A program made the position numbers and the translations under genes. A stretch of 48,024 nt of DNA, from assembly GCA_046545795.1 (NCBI GenBank), contig JBKGZD010000002.1, forward strand, positions 1 through 48,024, written 5' to 3'. The DNA is from Bacteroidales bacterium (GTDB lineage: Bacteria > Bacteroidota > Bacteroidia > Bacteroidales > UBA12077). The notes beneath the pieces are model-generated. The model saw only the letters and a program-made list of their open reading frames with translations, did not search any database and was not told the DNA's origin. Below, piece by piece: positions 35,806 through 44,436 of this stretch (its first letter is position 1; each line of letters begins with the position of its first letter).

Positions 35806-36915
35806 ATGAAACTAAAAGATTATTTTGAACCTTATGATTTCAAAGGGTTGTTATGTGAAAAAGGCGAAATAGGAAAAAAGGTATCTGCTTTTTCGGAGGA
35901 AAAAGATTTTTCTCCTAATGAAATAGATATTGCTATTGTCGGAGTCCCTTTTTCAGGAATAGATCTGAAACCAACAAATGCTCCATCTGAAATAAGAAAT
36001 CAATTGTATAAATTGGCAGACATACTTCCTGTTAAGTTCAAAATACTGGATTTAGGAAATATTAAGAAAGGAAGTACTTTCAATGATACATTGATTGGAA
36101 TACGTGACATTTTAGATTACATAATGTCACAAAATATTTTTACTTTGGTACTGGGTGGCACAGGACTTCTTAAATCGGCATTGATACAGGCATTGTTTGC
36201 TAAAGGCAACCAAATTGAATATACTGCTATAGAACCTTTCCCTTCAATTTTTAATGAATTGGAGATGCTACCAGCCCAGGTAAAAAATTTCTTTTTCTAT
36301 AATCTTATTGGAAGCCAGGCTTATTATATGAAGCCAATGTATGCCAAATGGTTGAAGGAGAAACACTTTAACCACTATCGGTTGGGTGAGGTGAGAGAAA
36401 ATATTTCTATTGTTGAGCCAATAATCAGGGATTCTGATTTTTGCACAATTTCACTGAATGTACTGAAGCACGCTGACGCACCAGGACAAGAGAATGCTTA
36501 TCCAAATGGTTTTTATGGAGAAGAAATTTCTCAAATTGCAAGGTTCATAGGTCTGTCTGAAACCATTAAACTATTCGGTCTTTTTGATTATTATCCTGAT
36601 AACGATTTGAATATGCAAACATCACAACTGGCTGCTCAGTTGTTATGGTTTGTTATTGAAGGATACTCAAATAAAATAGTTGAAAACGTTCCTGCAGATG
36701 ATAATATCCAGAAATTTATAGTTAATCACAGTGATAATTCATACGAGCTGATTTTTTATAAAAGCGAGAAAACAGGAAGATGGTGGATGGAAATTCCTTG
36801 TCAGTCTTCACAAAGTGTGCAGATCAAAGCTTGCAGTTATGAAGACTACAAACAAGCAAGTGAACATAATGTTCCTATAAGGTGGATACGAGCTTTTCAA
36901 AAATATAATAGTTAG
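35806..36915 (+). CDS. Arginase/formimidoylglutamase-fold protein lacking the metal-ligand motifs (probable non-catalytic ureohydrolase homolog)
   Basis: 369-aa ORF. Family-like stretches include IAIVGVP, LVLGGTGLL (in place of GGDHS) and TISLNVLKHADAPG (in place of SxDxDxxDPxxAPG). None of the canonical His/Asp Mn ligands is visible. Confidence 0.5.
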   Translation: MKLKDYFEPYDFKGLLCEKGEIGKKVSAFSEEKDFSPNEIDIAIVGVPFSGIDLKPTNAPSEIRNQLYKLADILPVKFKILDLGNIKKGSTFNDTLIGIRDILDYIMSQNIFTLVLGGTGLLKSALIQALFAKGNQIEYTAIEPFPSIFNELEMLPAQVKNFFFYNLIGSQAYYMKPMYAKWLKEKHFNHYRLGEVRENISIVEPIIRDSDFCTISLNVLKHADAPGQENAYPNGFYGEEISQIARFIGLSETIKLFGLFDYYPDNDLNMQTSQLAAQLLWFVIEGYSNKIVENVPADDNIQKFIVNHSDNSYELIFYKSEKTGRWWMEIPCQSSQSVQIKACSYEDYKQASEHNVPIRWIRAFQKYNS

Positions 36916-37107
36916 TAAATAGGTTGAATAATCAAAGAATCCAAACGAAATTCATGAAAAAATGCAAATTATAAGTAACCTTTACCCGTTTAAAGAAGTA
37001 TAAACTACTTGTAGTTATTAACATTTAGTTGTTAATAAATTTGTTTTGATAGAAAATTTTTTTTTATTTTACGTTCAGTATTCAACAATTGAGGATTTAA
37101 GGAGTTT

Positions 37108-38061
37108 ATGAAACGTTTTTGTTTTATTTTTATGTTTGTTTTATTTTTTGCTATTGCAGGGAAAAGCCAGCAGGATCCTCAGTTTAGCCAGAATATGTTT
37201 GCACAGCTTACCTTTAACCCTGCTTATACAGGAAGTCATGGTCAAATTTGCGCGACAGCATTACATCGCCAACAATGGTTTGGTTTTGATGGTGCTCCTG
37301 AAATAAGCCTTTTTAATGTGGATGCTGCAATCAGTCCGTTTAACATTGATGCCGGAGTAGGACTTTCAATAATACAAGATCAATTTGGATTTAACAATAA
37401 CTTAGGTGCGAATTTAGCCTTAGCATATCGATTTGACGCTTGGGATGGGAAATTTGCAGTCGGAGTTAGTGGAGGAATGATAAACTATTCGCTTAACCCT
37501 GAATGGAGTATTCCTGGTGGAACGGATGTACATACCTCCCCTTCAGAGGATGAAAATATCCCCCAGGAAGTAAAAGATGAAATGGCCCTTGATCTTAACT
37601 TTGGGTTATATTATAATACAGACGATTTGTATATTGGACTTTCCTCAACCCATATTAATGAACCCTCTTTTATTCCAACAGACGGAGACTTTGAACCTAC
37701 AATCAAACGAAATTATTATTTTATTTCAGGATATAACATATCGCTGGGAGAAACTGATTTTGAACTGAATCCTTCATTATTAGTTCAATCTGACGGCTCT
37801 ACATCACAAATTGGGTTAAATACTCATGTTTCTTACAATAAAAATTTTTGGGGTGGCGTTTCTATTAGAACTGATAGAACCATTACAGGAATGGTTGGAG
37901 CACGCTTATTTGAATGGGTCAGAGTAGGGTATTCTTATGATATGAGCGTTTCAGAAATTAGCCGTTATAATCAGGGCTCACATGAAATAATGGTGGGTTT
38001 TTGCTTTGATGCTAAAGTAGATAAGAGCCCTAAAAAATATAAAAGTATTAGATTTTTATAA
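37108..38061 (+). CDS. porP: PorP/SprF-family type IX secretion system outer-membrane protein
   Basis: 317-aa ORF. A signal peptide is followed by the family hallmark QQDPQFSQNMFAQLTFNPAYTG. It has a beta-barrel-like alternating pattern and a C-terminal aromatic residue region, and lies immediately upstream of gldK. Confidence 0.85.
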   Translation: MKRFCFIFMFVLFFAIAGKSQQDPQFSQNMFAQLTFNPAYTGSHGQICATALHRQQWFGFDGAPEISLFNVDAAISPFNIDAGVGLSIIQDQFGFNNNLGANLALAYRFDAWDGKFAVGVSGGMINYSLNPEWSIPGGTDVHTSPSEDENIPQEVKDEMALDLNFGLYYNTDDLYIGLSSTHINEPSFIPTDGDFEPTIKRNYYFISGYNISLGETDFELNPSLLVQSDGSTSQIGLNTHVSYNKNFWGGVSIRTDRTITGMVGARLFEWVRVGYSYDMSVSEISRYNQGSHEIMVGFCFDAKVDKSPKKYKSIRFL

Positions 38062-38104
38062 CTAAGTAATAAATTATTATTTTGCAAAAATAAACCTCAA
38101 TATT

Positions 38105-39436
38105 ATGAAGAAATTAATCTTGTTCTCGACTTTTTTGGTATTCATTGTCAGTTGTGGTAAATACAAAGGAGGTGAGCTTGTAGGAGTTAAAGGAAGAAAA
38201 GATTGGCAGGAACCCCAACCATATGGTATGGTGTTTGTTCCAATGGGCAGTTTTACTATGGGTCCTAGTGATGAAGATGCGTCATGGGCAAATACGACTA
38301 AAAGTAAGACCGTCTCTGTTGATGCATTCTGGATGGATGAAACAGAAATTACGAATAATGAGTATAGACAATTCGTAGAATATGTTAAAGATTCAATTTT
38401 GCGCTGGAATTTAGGCGAACAAATTGAAGATTTTAGAATAACTGAAGATGAATTCGGAAATCCACTTGACCCTCCAAGAATCAATTGGGAAACTGAAATT
38501 GATCCAACCGATGAAGAACAACGTGAAATCATTGATGAAATGTACTATGGGGAGCAAGACAGGTTGTTTGGCCGTAAACAAATAGATACAAGAAAATTGA
38601 TCTATGAATATTATTGGATCGATTATCAGCAAGCTGCAAAGAGATCTAATATGTATGATCATGAATCACAGCAATATGATGGTACAGTGATCAACCAGGA
38701 AGGAGAGGAGATGGAAATTGATAGCAGACAAGCTTTTATTATGAGAGGACAAGTTAATGTTTATCCAGATACCTTGGTGTGGATACGAGATTTTACATAT
38801 TCTTTCAATGAGCCATATACAGATTTATATTTCTCGCATCCCGCCTATGATGATTACCCTGTTGTTGGTGTTAATTGGGAACAGGCAAAGGCTTTTTCTA
38901 TATGGAGAACTAAAACACTTAATGATTATTTAAGAAGTGAAGGAGAAGGAGAGGTTCAAAGTTATCGTTTACCAACAGAAGCTGAATGGGAATATGCAGC
39001 AAGAGGGGGCCACGATTTAAGTCCTTATCCATGGGGCGGCCCTTATACAAGGAATGACGAAGGCTGTTTTCTTGCTAATTTTAAACCAATGAGAGGTAAT
39101 TATGTAGATGATGGAGGAATGGTGAGCATGGCCGTGGGAAGCTTTGCACCAAATGAATATGGCCTTTATGATATGGCTGGTAATGTTGCAGAGTGGACAG
39201 CAAATGCTTATGATGAATCATCATATTTTTTCACTCATGACATGAATCCAAACTATCAATATGAATCCAAGCCTGATGATCCTCCAGGAATGAAGCGAAA
39301 AGTAATAAGAGGAGGCTCATGGAAGGATATTGGATATTATCTCCAAAATGGAACGCGAACGTATGAATACCAAGATTCAAGTACCTCTTATATAGGTTTT
39401 AGGTGTGTTCGCTCATATTTAGGAGGCGCAGAGTAA
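38105..39436 (+). CDS. gldK: GldK/PorK T9SS ring lipoprotein (FGE-sulfatase/SUMF1 fold)
   Basis: 443-aa ORF with lipobox FIVSCGK. FGE-like motifs are PVVGVNWEQAKAF, RLPTEAEWEYAARGG and VIRGGSW. The gene-order context is gldKLMN. Confidence 0.9.
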   Translation: MKKLILFSTFLVFIVSCGKYKGGELVGVKGRKDWQEPQPYGMVFVPMGSFTMGPSDEDASWANTTKSKTVSVDAFWMDETEITNNEYRQFVEYVKDSILRWNLGEQIEDFRITEDEFGNPLDPPRINWETEIDPTDEEQREIIDEMYYGEQDRLFGRKQIDTRKLIYEYYWIDYQQAAKRSNMYDHESQQYDGTVINQEGEEMEIDSRQAFIMRGQVNVYPDTLVWIRDFTYSFNEPYTDLYFSHPAYDDYPVVGVNWEQAKAFSIWRTKTLNDYLRSEGEGEVQSYRLPTEAEWEYAARGGHDLSPYPWGGPYTRNDEGCFLANFKPMRGNYVDDGGMVSMAVGSFAPNEYGLYDMAGNVAEWTANAYDESSYFFTHDMNPNYQYESKPDDPPGMKRKVIRGGSWKDIGYYLQNGTRTYEYQDSSTSYIGFRCVRSYLGGAE

Positions 39437-39459
39437 CAACTAAATAATTTTTATAGCTT

Positions 39460-40539
39460 ATGATGAGTATAGGAGAAATAGTACAAACAGCTGGATGGCG
39501 GAAGTTTATGGCAAAAGTTTACGGCTTTGGTGCTTCAGTCGTATTGGTAGGTGCCCTGTTTAAACTTCAGCATTGGCCAATGGCAGGGACAATGCTTACT
39601 GTAGGGTTAACAACAGAAGCACTTATTTTCTTTTTCTCAGCATTTGAGCCGTTACATGAAGATGTGGATTGGTCTATTGTTTATCCTGAACTAGCAGGGA
39701 TCGAAGAAGAAGATCCTGAAGAAGCAAGAGAACGAAACCGTGCAAGAAGAGAAGCCATGGAGAATTTTACCAGCGCTACACCAGGCTCAGAAAGTCCACC
39801 TGCCGGAGCAACCAGTGCTGGGACAAGTGGGGCAACTGCAGCGAATCTTACTAAGTTCGATGAAATGCTTGAGAATGCAGATATATCCCCGGAATTATTT
39901 GAAAGATTAGGAGAAGGTTTGAAAAAGCTAAATGAAACTACGGAGAATTTAAAACATGTTTCAGATGCTGGATTAGCCACCAATCAATATGTTGAAAATA
40001 TTCAGGCCGCTGCTGAATCAATTAGTTATTTAACAGATTCGTATAATAAAACTCAATCAGAGTTAAACGAAAATGTGTCTAATTTAAGTGGTGTATTTAA
40101 AGATTCTGCTGAGTCAATTAAACAATCAGGGCAGCATATGGCTGAAAAGATTTATGAAGGGGGAGAATCATTTGTTAATGATGTTCAGAAATCAGGACAA
40201 GATTTGGCTAATTCCTATAAAGAAATTTCCGAAAATGTTCGCTCTGAAGTACTTGAGAAAAATAAAACCTTTAATGATCAACTGGAAACTTTGAACAACC
40301 ATTTGGCTGCATTGAATTCTACTTACGAACTTCAACTGAATTCTACCAATGAGCATGTTCAAAATGCGCAGAGCTTATATGGAGATATGAACCAAATTAT
40401 GAATAATCTCAAGGATTCTGTAGATGAAACTCAGAGATATAGAGATGAGATTTCTAAACTAAATCAAAATCTTTCAGAGCTGAATAATGTATATGGTAAT
40501 ATGTTATCAGCTATGTCTGTAATGGATAATAATCATTAA
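39460..40539 (+). CDS. gldL: GldL/PorL T9SS/gliding motor inner-membrane protein
   Basis: 359-aa ORF with two N-terminal TM helices. The second helix carries a conserved Glu (TVGLTTEALIFFFSAFEP; E53 at 39616-39618). It has a long cytoplasmic C-terminal coiled-coil-like region and lies between gldK and gldM. Confidence 0.85.
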   Translation: MMSIGEIVQTAGWRKFMAKVYGFGASVVLVGALFKLQHWPMAGTMLTVGLTTEALIFFFSAFEPLHEDVDWSIVYPELAGIEEEDPEEARERNRARREAMENFTSATPGSESPPAGATSAGTSGATAANLTKFDEMLENADISPELFERLGEGLKKLNETTENLKHVSDAGLATNQYVENIQAAAESISYLTDSYNKTQSELNENVSNLSGVFKDSAESIKQSGQHMAEKIYEGGESFVNDVQKSGQDLANSYKEISENVRSEVLEKNKTFNDQLETLNNHLAALNSTYELQLNSTNEHVQNAQSLYGDMNQIMNNLKDSVDETQRYRDEISKLNQNLSELNNVYGNMLSAMSVMDNNH

Positions 40540-40562
40540 TCATGATAAGAAAGTAGTATAGT

Positions 40563-42221
40563 ATGGGTCACGGTAAAGAAACTCCTCGTCAGAAAATGAT
40601 TGGTATGATGTATCTTGTGCTAACAGCAATGTTAGCATTAAATGTGTCTGCCGAGGTTTTAGATGCTTTTAGGCTTGTTAATGAAGGGATTAAGAAGACT
40701 ACCGATAATTTTATGGAAAAGAATGAGACCATTTATAAAGATTTTGAGCAAGAGGTAGCCACAAATGAACAGAAGGCTGGAAAATGGAAAAAAAAGGCGG
40801 ATGAAGTAAGGGAGTCAAGCCAAGAGTTATATGAATACATGCAGGATATCAAAGTTGAATTAATTAAAGAGAAAATGGGAGATAATGTTGAGGAGAATCC
40901 CGCATTATATGAGGAGAATGGCATGGTGAAGGTTAAACATGAAAAGGTAAAAGGTGAAGATAAATGGGACCTTGTTACACGTTTGCTAATTGGAGAGAAT
41001 AACAATGGTAGGGCCTATGAATTAAAAGATTTGATAGTAGAATATAGAGAGAATTTAATATCAATGATTGATGAAGGAGAAGGAGATAGTGAAGTTATTG
41101 AGACCATTGAAACAAATCTGAATACTGACGATCCTCCACCCACAGAAGGACGTGAGCAAAAATCATGGGAAATTAAACATTTTAACGATATTCCTTTGGG
41201 TGCAGTATTACCTATTCTAAGTACCATGCAGGCTGATATTCGTAATGCAGAATCAGAAATGATAAGGTATCTTTATAATCAAATAGAGGCCGGGGCTTTT
41301 ACATTTAATAAGTTAGAACCAACTGTAATAGCTAATTCTGGTTATGTATTTCAAGGGAATGATTATAAAGCAGATGTTTTCCTTGCAGCTCGTGATACTA
41401 CCGCTCCTCCAACTGTTCTCATAGGTGAATGGGATAGCATACCCAAAGATGACGGAACTCATGAGATTGTTATGCGTAATGTAGAAGATACCCTTGATGT
41501 TATTGGGGGTAAAGGTAAATATCAAAAGAAAGCTACAACCACCGGACGCCAAGAATGGGGTGGGGTTATTATGTTGATGGGCCCAGGAGGAGATACAATA
41601 AAAAAACCATTTCGACAGGAATATCGTGTAGAAGAACCTAATTTGGTAATCTCACCAAACAAAATGAATGTGTTTTATGTAGGTGTACCTAATCCCGTGA
41701 GTATTAGTGTCCCAGGGGTACCTGCTGAAGATCTGAAACCATCCATAACCAATGGAAGTATCAAAAAAGTTGGTCCCGGTAATTATGAAGTGAGCCCCAA
41801 GGATGCAGGAAGGGAATGTGTAATCAATGTGAGTGCAGAGGTAGAAGGTGATGTTCAGTCTTTTGGATCGCGAGATTTTAGAGTTAAAAAACTTCCTACA
41901 CCTACAGCACAGGTAGCCGGTAAGTCGGGAGGTAATGTTCGTCAGGAAGTACTCGCTGCACAGAGCGCAGTATTCGCGGAAATGGAAGATTTCTTATTTG
42001 ACCTCGAATATAAAGTAACACGATTTACTATAACCACCACTGACCAGGGTGGTTATGTAAGGGATATCAGAAAGGAAGGAAGCCGTATCGATGCTGAAGT
42101 AAAAGAATGGCTGAGAAACAATGCGGCAAAAGGAAGAAAGGTCACTTTTGAGGATATTAAGGCGGTTGGACCGGATGGTACGACAAAAAACCTTAACCCT
42201 ATTACATTTACTATACAGTAA
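40563..42221 (+). CDS. gldM: GldM/PorM T9SS/gliding motor periplasm-spanning protein
   Basis: 552-aa ORF. The N-terminus GKETPRQKMIGMMYLVLTAMLALNV contains Arg9 and Tyr17 at exactly the positions reported as functionally important in F. johnsoniae GldM. A single TM helix is followed by a large periplasmic region. Confidence 0.9.
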   Translation: MGHGKETPRQKMIGMMYLVLTAMLALNVSAEVLDAFRLVNEGIKKTTDNFMEKNETIYKDFEQEVATNEQKAGKWKKKADEVRESSQELYEYMQDIKVELIKEKMGDNVEENPALYEENGMVKVKHEKVKGEDKWDLVTRLLIGENNNGRAYELKDLIVEYRENLISMIDEGEGDSEVIETIETNLNTDDPPPTEGREQKSWEIKHFNDIPLGAVLPILSTMQADIRNAESEMIRYLYNQIEAGAFTFNKLEPTVIANSGYVFQGNDYKADVFLAARDTTAPPTVLIGEWDSIPKDDGTHEIVMRNVEDTLDVIGGKGKYQKKATTTGRQEWGGVIMLMGPGGDTIKKPFRQEYRVEEPNLVISPNKMNVFYVGVPNPVSISVPGVPAEDLKPSITNGSIKKVGPGNYEVSPKDAGRECVINVSAEVEGDVQSFGSRDFRVKKLPTPTAQVAGKSGGNVRQEVLAAQSAVFAEMEDFLFDLEYKVTRFTITTTDQGGYVRDIRKEGSRIDAEVKEWLRNNAAKGRKVTFEDIKAVGPDGTTKNLNPITFTIQ

Positions 42222-42239
42222 CTTAAAATACAACATATT

Positions 42240-43085
42240 ATGAAAAAAGTATTGATAACAATAGTATTTTTTGGAATCATTTTCGCTGCCTGGAATCTAA
42301 AAGAAACAAAAGCACAAAGTGTAAGGGATGAAGTTTATACTAAAGAAAATGTACCTGCCAAGGAACCTTTGGAGTATTCTCATCTCCGGGAAGCTGATGT
42401 TATGTGGTCGAAAAAGTTGTGGCAGATGATTGATTGCCGGAAGAAAATGAATCATCCACTATATTTCCCTACAAGAGATATGAGAGACAGAAAAAGTTTA
42501 ATACAACTTATTGTTCATGGTATACAAGAAGAGGGGCTTACTGTTTATGAAAGCGATCTTTTCAAAGAAGATGGTATATTAAGTGAAGATGAGGCATTAA
42601 CAGAGTTGGGGGCAGGAACAGAAACAACGGAAGTGCAACAGGATGATGGTTCTGTCGAAGAAGAGGAAGTTGAAAGGGGAGTCCAGTGGGATGAGGTAAC
42701 GCAATACCTGGTAAAGGAGCAATGGTATTTTGATAAAAAGCATTCAACACTGAAAGTTCGAATTTTAGGTATTTGTCCTATTCGTGAATATGTCGATGAC
42801 GATACAGGAGAAAAACGTAAACGAATGGCTTTTTGGGTCTATTTTCCTGAAGCGCGGCCAATTTTCGCCAAGCATGAAGTTTTTAACAGGGAAAATGACG
42901 CTCAGCGAATAAGTTTCGATGATTTTTTCCATCAGCGAAGGTTTGATAGTTATGTTACTAAAGAGAGCAATGTATATGGAAACAGAGACATTCAGGAATA
43001 TACGACAGGTGAAAATACATTACTTGAGGCTGAAGAAATCAGAAATGAAGTGTTCGAATTTGAACATGATCTTTGGGAATACTAA
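42240..43085 (+). CDS. gldN: GldN/PorN T9SS ring periplasmic protein
   Basis: 281-aa ORF with a signal peptide. The GldN-like pattern is READVMWSKKLWQMID...NHPLYFP and KEQWYFDKKHSTLKVRILGICP. It is the last gene of the gldKLMN block. Confidence 0.85.
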   Translation: MKKVLITIVFFGIIFAAWNLKETKAQSVRDEVYTKENVPAKEPLEYSHLREADVMWSKKLWQMIDCRKKMNHPLYFPTRDMRDRKSLIQLIVHGIQEEGLTVYESDLFKEDGILSEDEALTELGAGTETTEVQQDDGSVEEEEVERGVQWDEVTQYLVKEQWYFDKKHSTLKVRILGICPIREYVDDDTGEKRKRMAFWVYFPEARPIFAKHEVFNRENDAQRISFDDFFHQRRFDSYVTKESNVYGNRDIQEYTTGENTLLEAEEIRNEVFEFEHDLWEY

Positions 43086-43124
43086 TTTTAAAATCAGGCT
43101 ACTGTTGTTAATAGATATATAATG

Positions 43125-43154
43125 AAAAGCCCGGAAAATTTTCCGGGCTTTTTT
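43125..43154. terminator. Bidirectional intrinsic terminator between gldN and the convergent manC-like gene
   Basis: Perfect palindrome aaaagcccggaaaa/ttttccgggctttt (43125-43152), with a GC core gcccgg/ccgggc. It is flanked by an A-run upstream and a T-run downstream. Confidence 0.85.
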
Positions 43155-43182
43155 GGATTATTTTGGTGTTTGTATTTTTTGT

Positions 43183-44265
43183 TTATATATATTTTTCGCC
43201 TTTTTCCTTCTTAATGGTCTCAACTATATCTTTGATTTCCTGCTCATCACTTTTCTTATAAATCAGTAATTTATCCTCGGAATCCACAATTATATATCCT
43301 TTAAGCCCTTTAATAACGGCAACTTTTTCATCAGGAAATTTAACTATTGAATCTTCAACGTTATACAGCATAACATTTTTTCCTGATACAGAATTGCCTT
43401 GCTCATCCTCATCCAGGAATTCATGCAGCGATCCCCATGTACCAAGGTCAGCCCAACCAAAATCCGAGGTATAAACGTATACATTTTGTGATTTTTCCAT
43501 AACTCCATAATCTATCGAAATACTCCGTGTTTCAAAATACACTTTTGAAATAAAATCAACTTCTTTTTTGGTATTGTATATTCCCATTCCTTTGCTGAAT
43601 AAAGTGTCTATATCGGGCAGGTGCTCCTGAAACGATTTCTTGATAGCATCAAGGCTCCATATGAATATTCCTGAATTCCAGTAATACTCACCGCTCTCAT
43701 AAAATTTTTGTGCAAGGTCTTTATTGGGTTTTTCTGTAAATGTTTTTACTTTATAGATGTTTGAACTTTCTATTTTCTCTCCTATTTGGATATATCCATA
43801 TCCTGTCTCCGGCCGGTGAGGAGTGATTCCAAGAGTAAGAAGGGCATTGTTTTTTTCTGTAAACTGAAAGCCATCTTTAATAATTCTTATAAACTCTTCT
43901 TCTTTTGTTATGAGATGGTCAGAGGGAAGAACTGCAATATTTGCATTTGGATTTAAGCTTTCTATTTTATAGTTGGAATAGGCTATACATGGAGCAGTGT
44001 TCTTTTTTTCTGGTTCTAATAAAATTTGATGTTCTTTTAATTCCGGTAATTGCCCGGCAGTTAGGTCTTTGTATCTCTCATTTGTCACAACTAAAATGTT
44101 TTCAACAGGGCTAATTTTTTTGCACCGTTCATATGTTTGTTGTAATAATGTTTTTCCTACTCCCAGAATATCTAAAAATTGTTTGGGCTTTTTTTTAGTA
44201 CTCAAAGGCCAGAATCTTGTTCCTGTTCCCCCTGCCATTATAACGCAAAAATTGTTATTTTTCAT
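43183..44265 (-). CDS. manC: Mannose-1-phosphate guanylyltransferase (nucleotidyltransferase domain only, no PMI domain)
   Basis: 360-aa ORF. It has N-terminal IMAGGTGTRFWPLS (GGxGxRxWPLS motif), PSDH and GYGYI patterns. Confidence 0.8.
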   Translation of the reverse strand: MKNNNFCVIMAGGTGTRFWPLSTKKKPKQFLDILGVGKTLLQQTYERCKKISPVENILVVTNERYKDLTAGQLPELKEHQILLEPEKKNTAPCIAYSNYKIESLNPNANIAVLPSDHLITKEEEFIRIIKDGFQFTEKNNALLTLGITPHRPETGYGYIQIGEKIESSNIYKVKTFTEKPNKDLAQKFYESGEYYWNSGIFIWSLDAIKKSFQEHLPDIDTLFSKGMGIYNTKKEVDFISKVYFETRSISIDYGVMEKSQNVYVYTSDFGWADLGTWGSLHEFLDEDEQGNSVSGKNVMLYNVEDSIVKFPDEKVAVIKGLKGYIIVDSEDKLLIYKKSDEQEIKDIVETIKKEKGEKYI

Positions 44266-44436
44266 GATTTAAAATTTTCTGGTTAGTAAATTCCAATTAC
44301 AAAAATAATATCTAATCAGAACAATGTTTGATAAATATTCGTTAAAATATTACAAATTATTTAATAAATATAGAGATAATTTTAATACCTACATATATTT
44401 TTCTTATTTTGGAATGGTAGAAAATTTTTAAAAACT

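Noticed and set aside
37036-37043. TAAATTTG matches the Bacteroides-type -7 promoter consensus TAnnTTTG, 65 nt upstream of porP. A similar TATTTTTG lies at 2180-2187 upstream of dapD.
   Set aside because: The 8-mer has two free positions and will occur often by chance in AT-rich DNA. No convincing -33 TTTG lies at the right spacing. It cannot be supported without TSS data.
38077-38662. Minus-strand ORFs of 151 and 83 aa.
   Set aside because: They are antisense to the 5' part of gldK, whose lipoprotein signal and FGE motifs are unambiguous.
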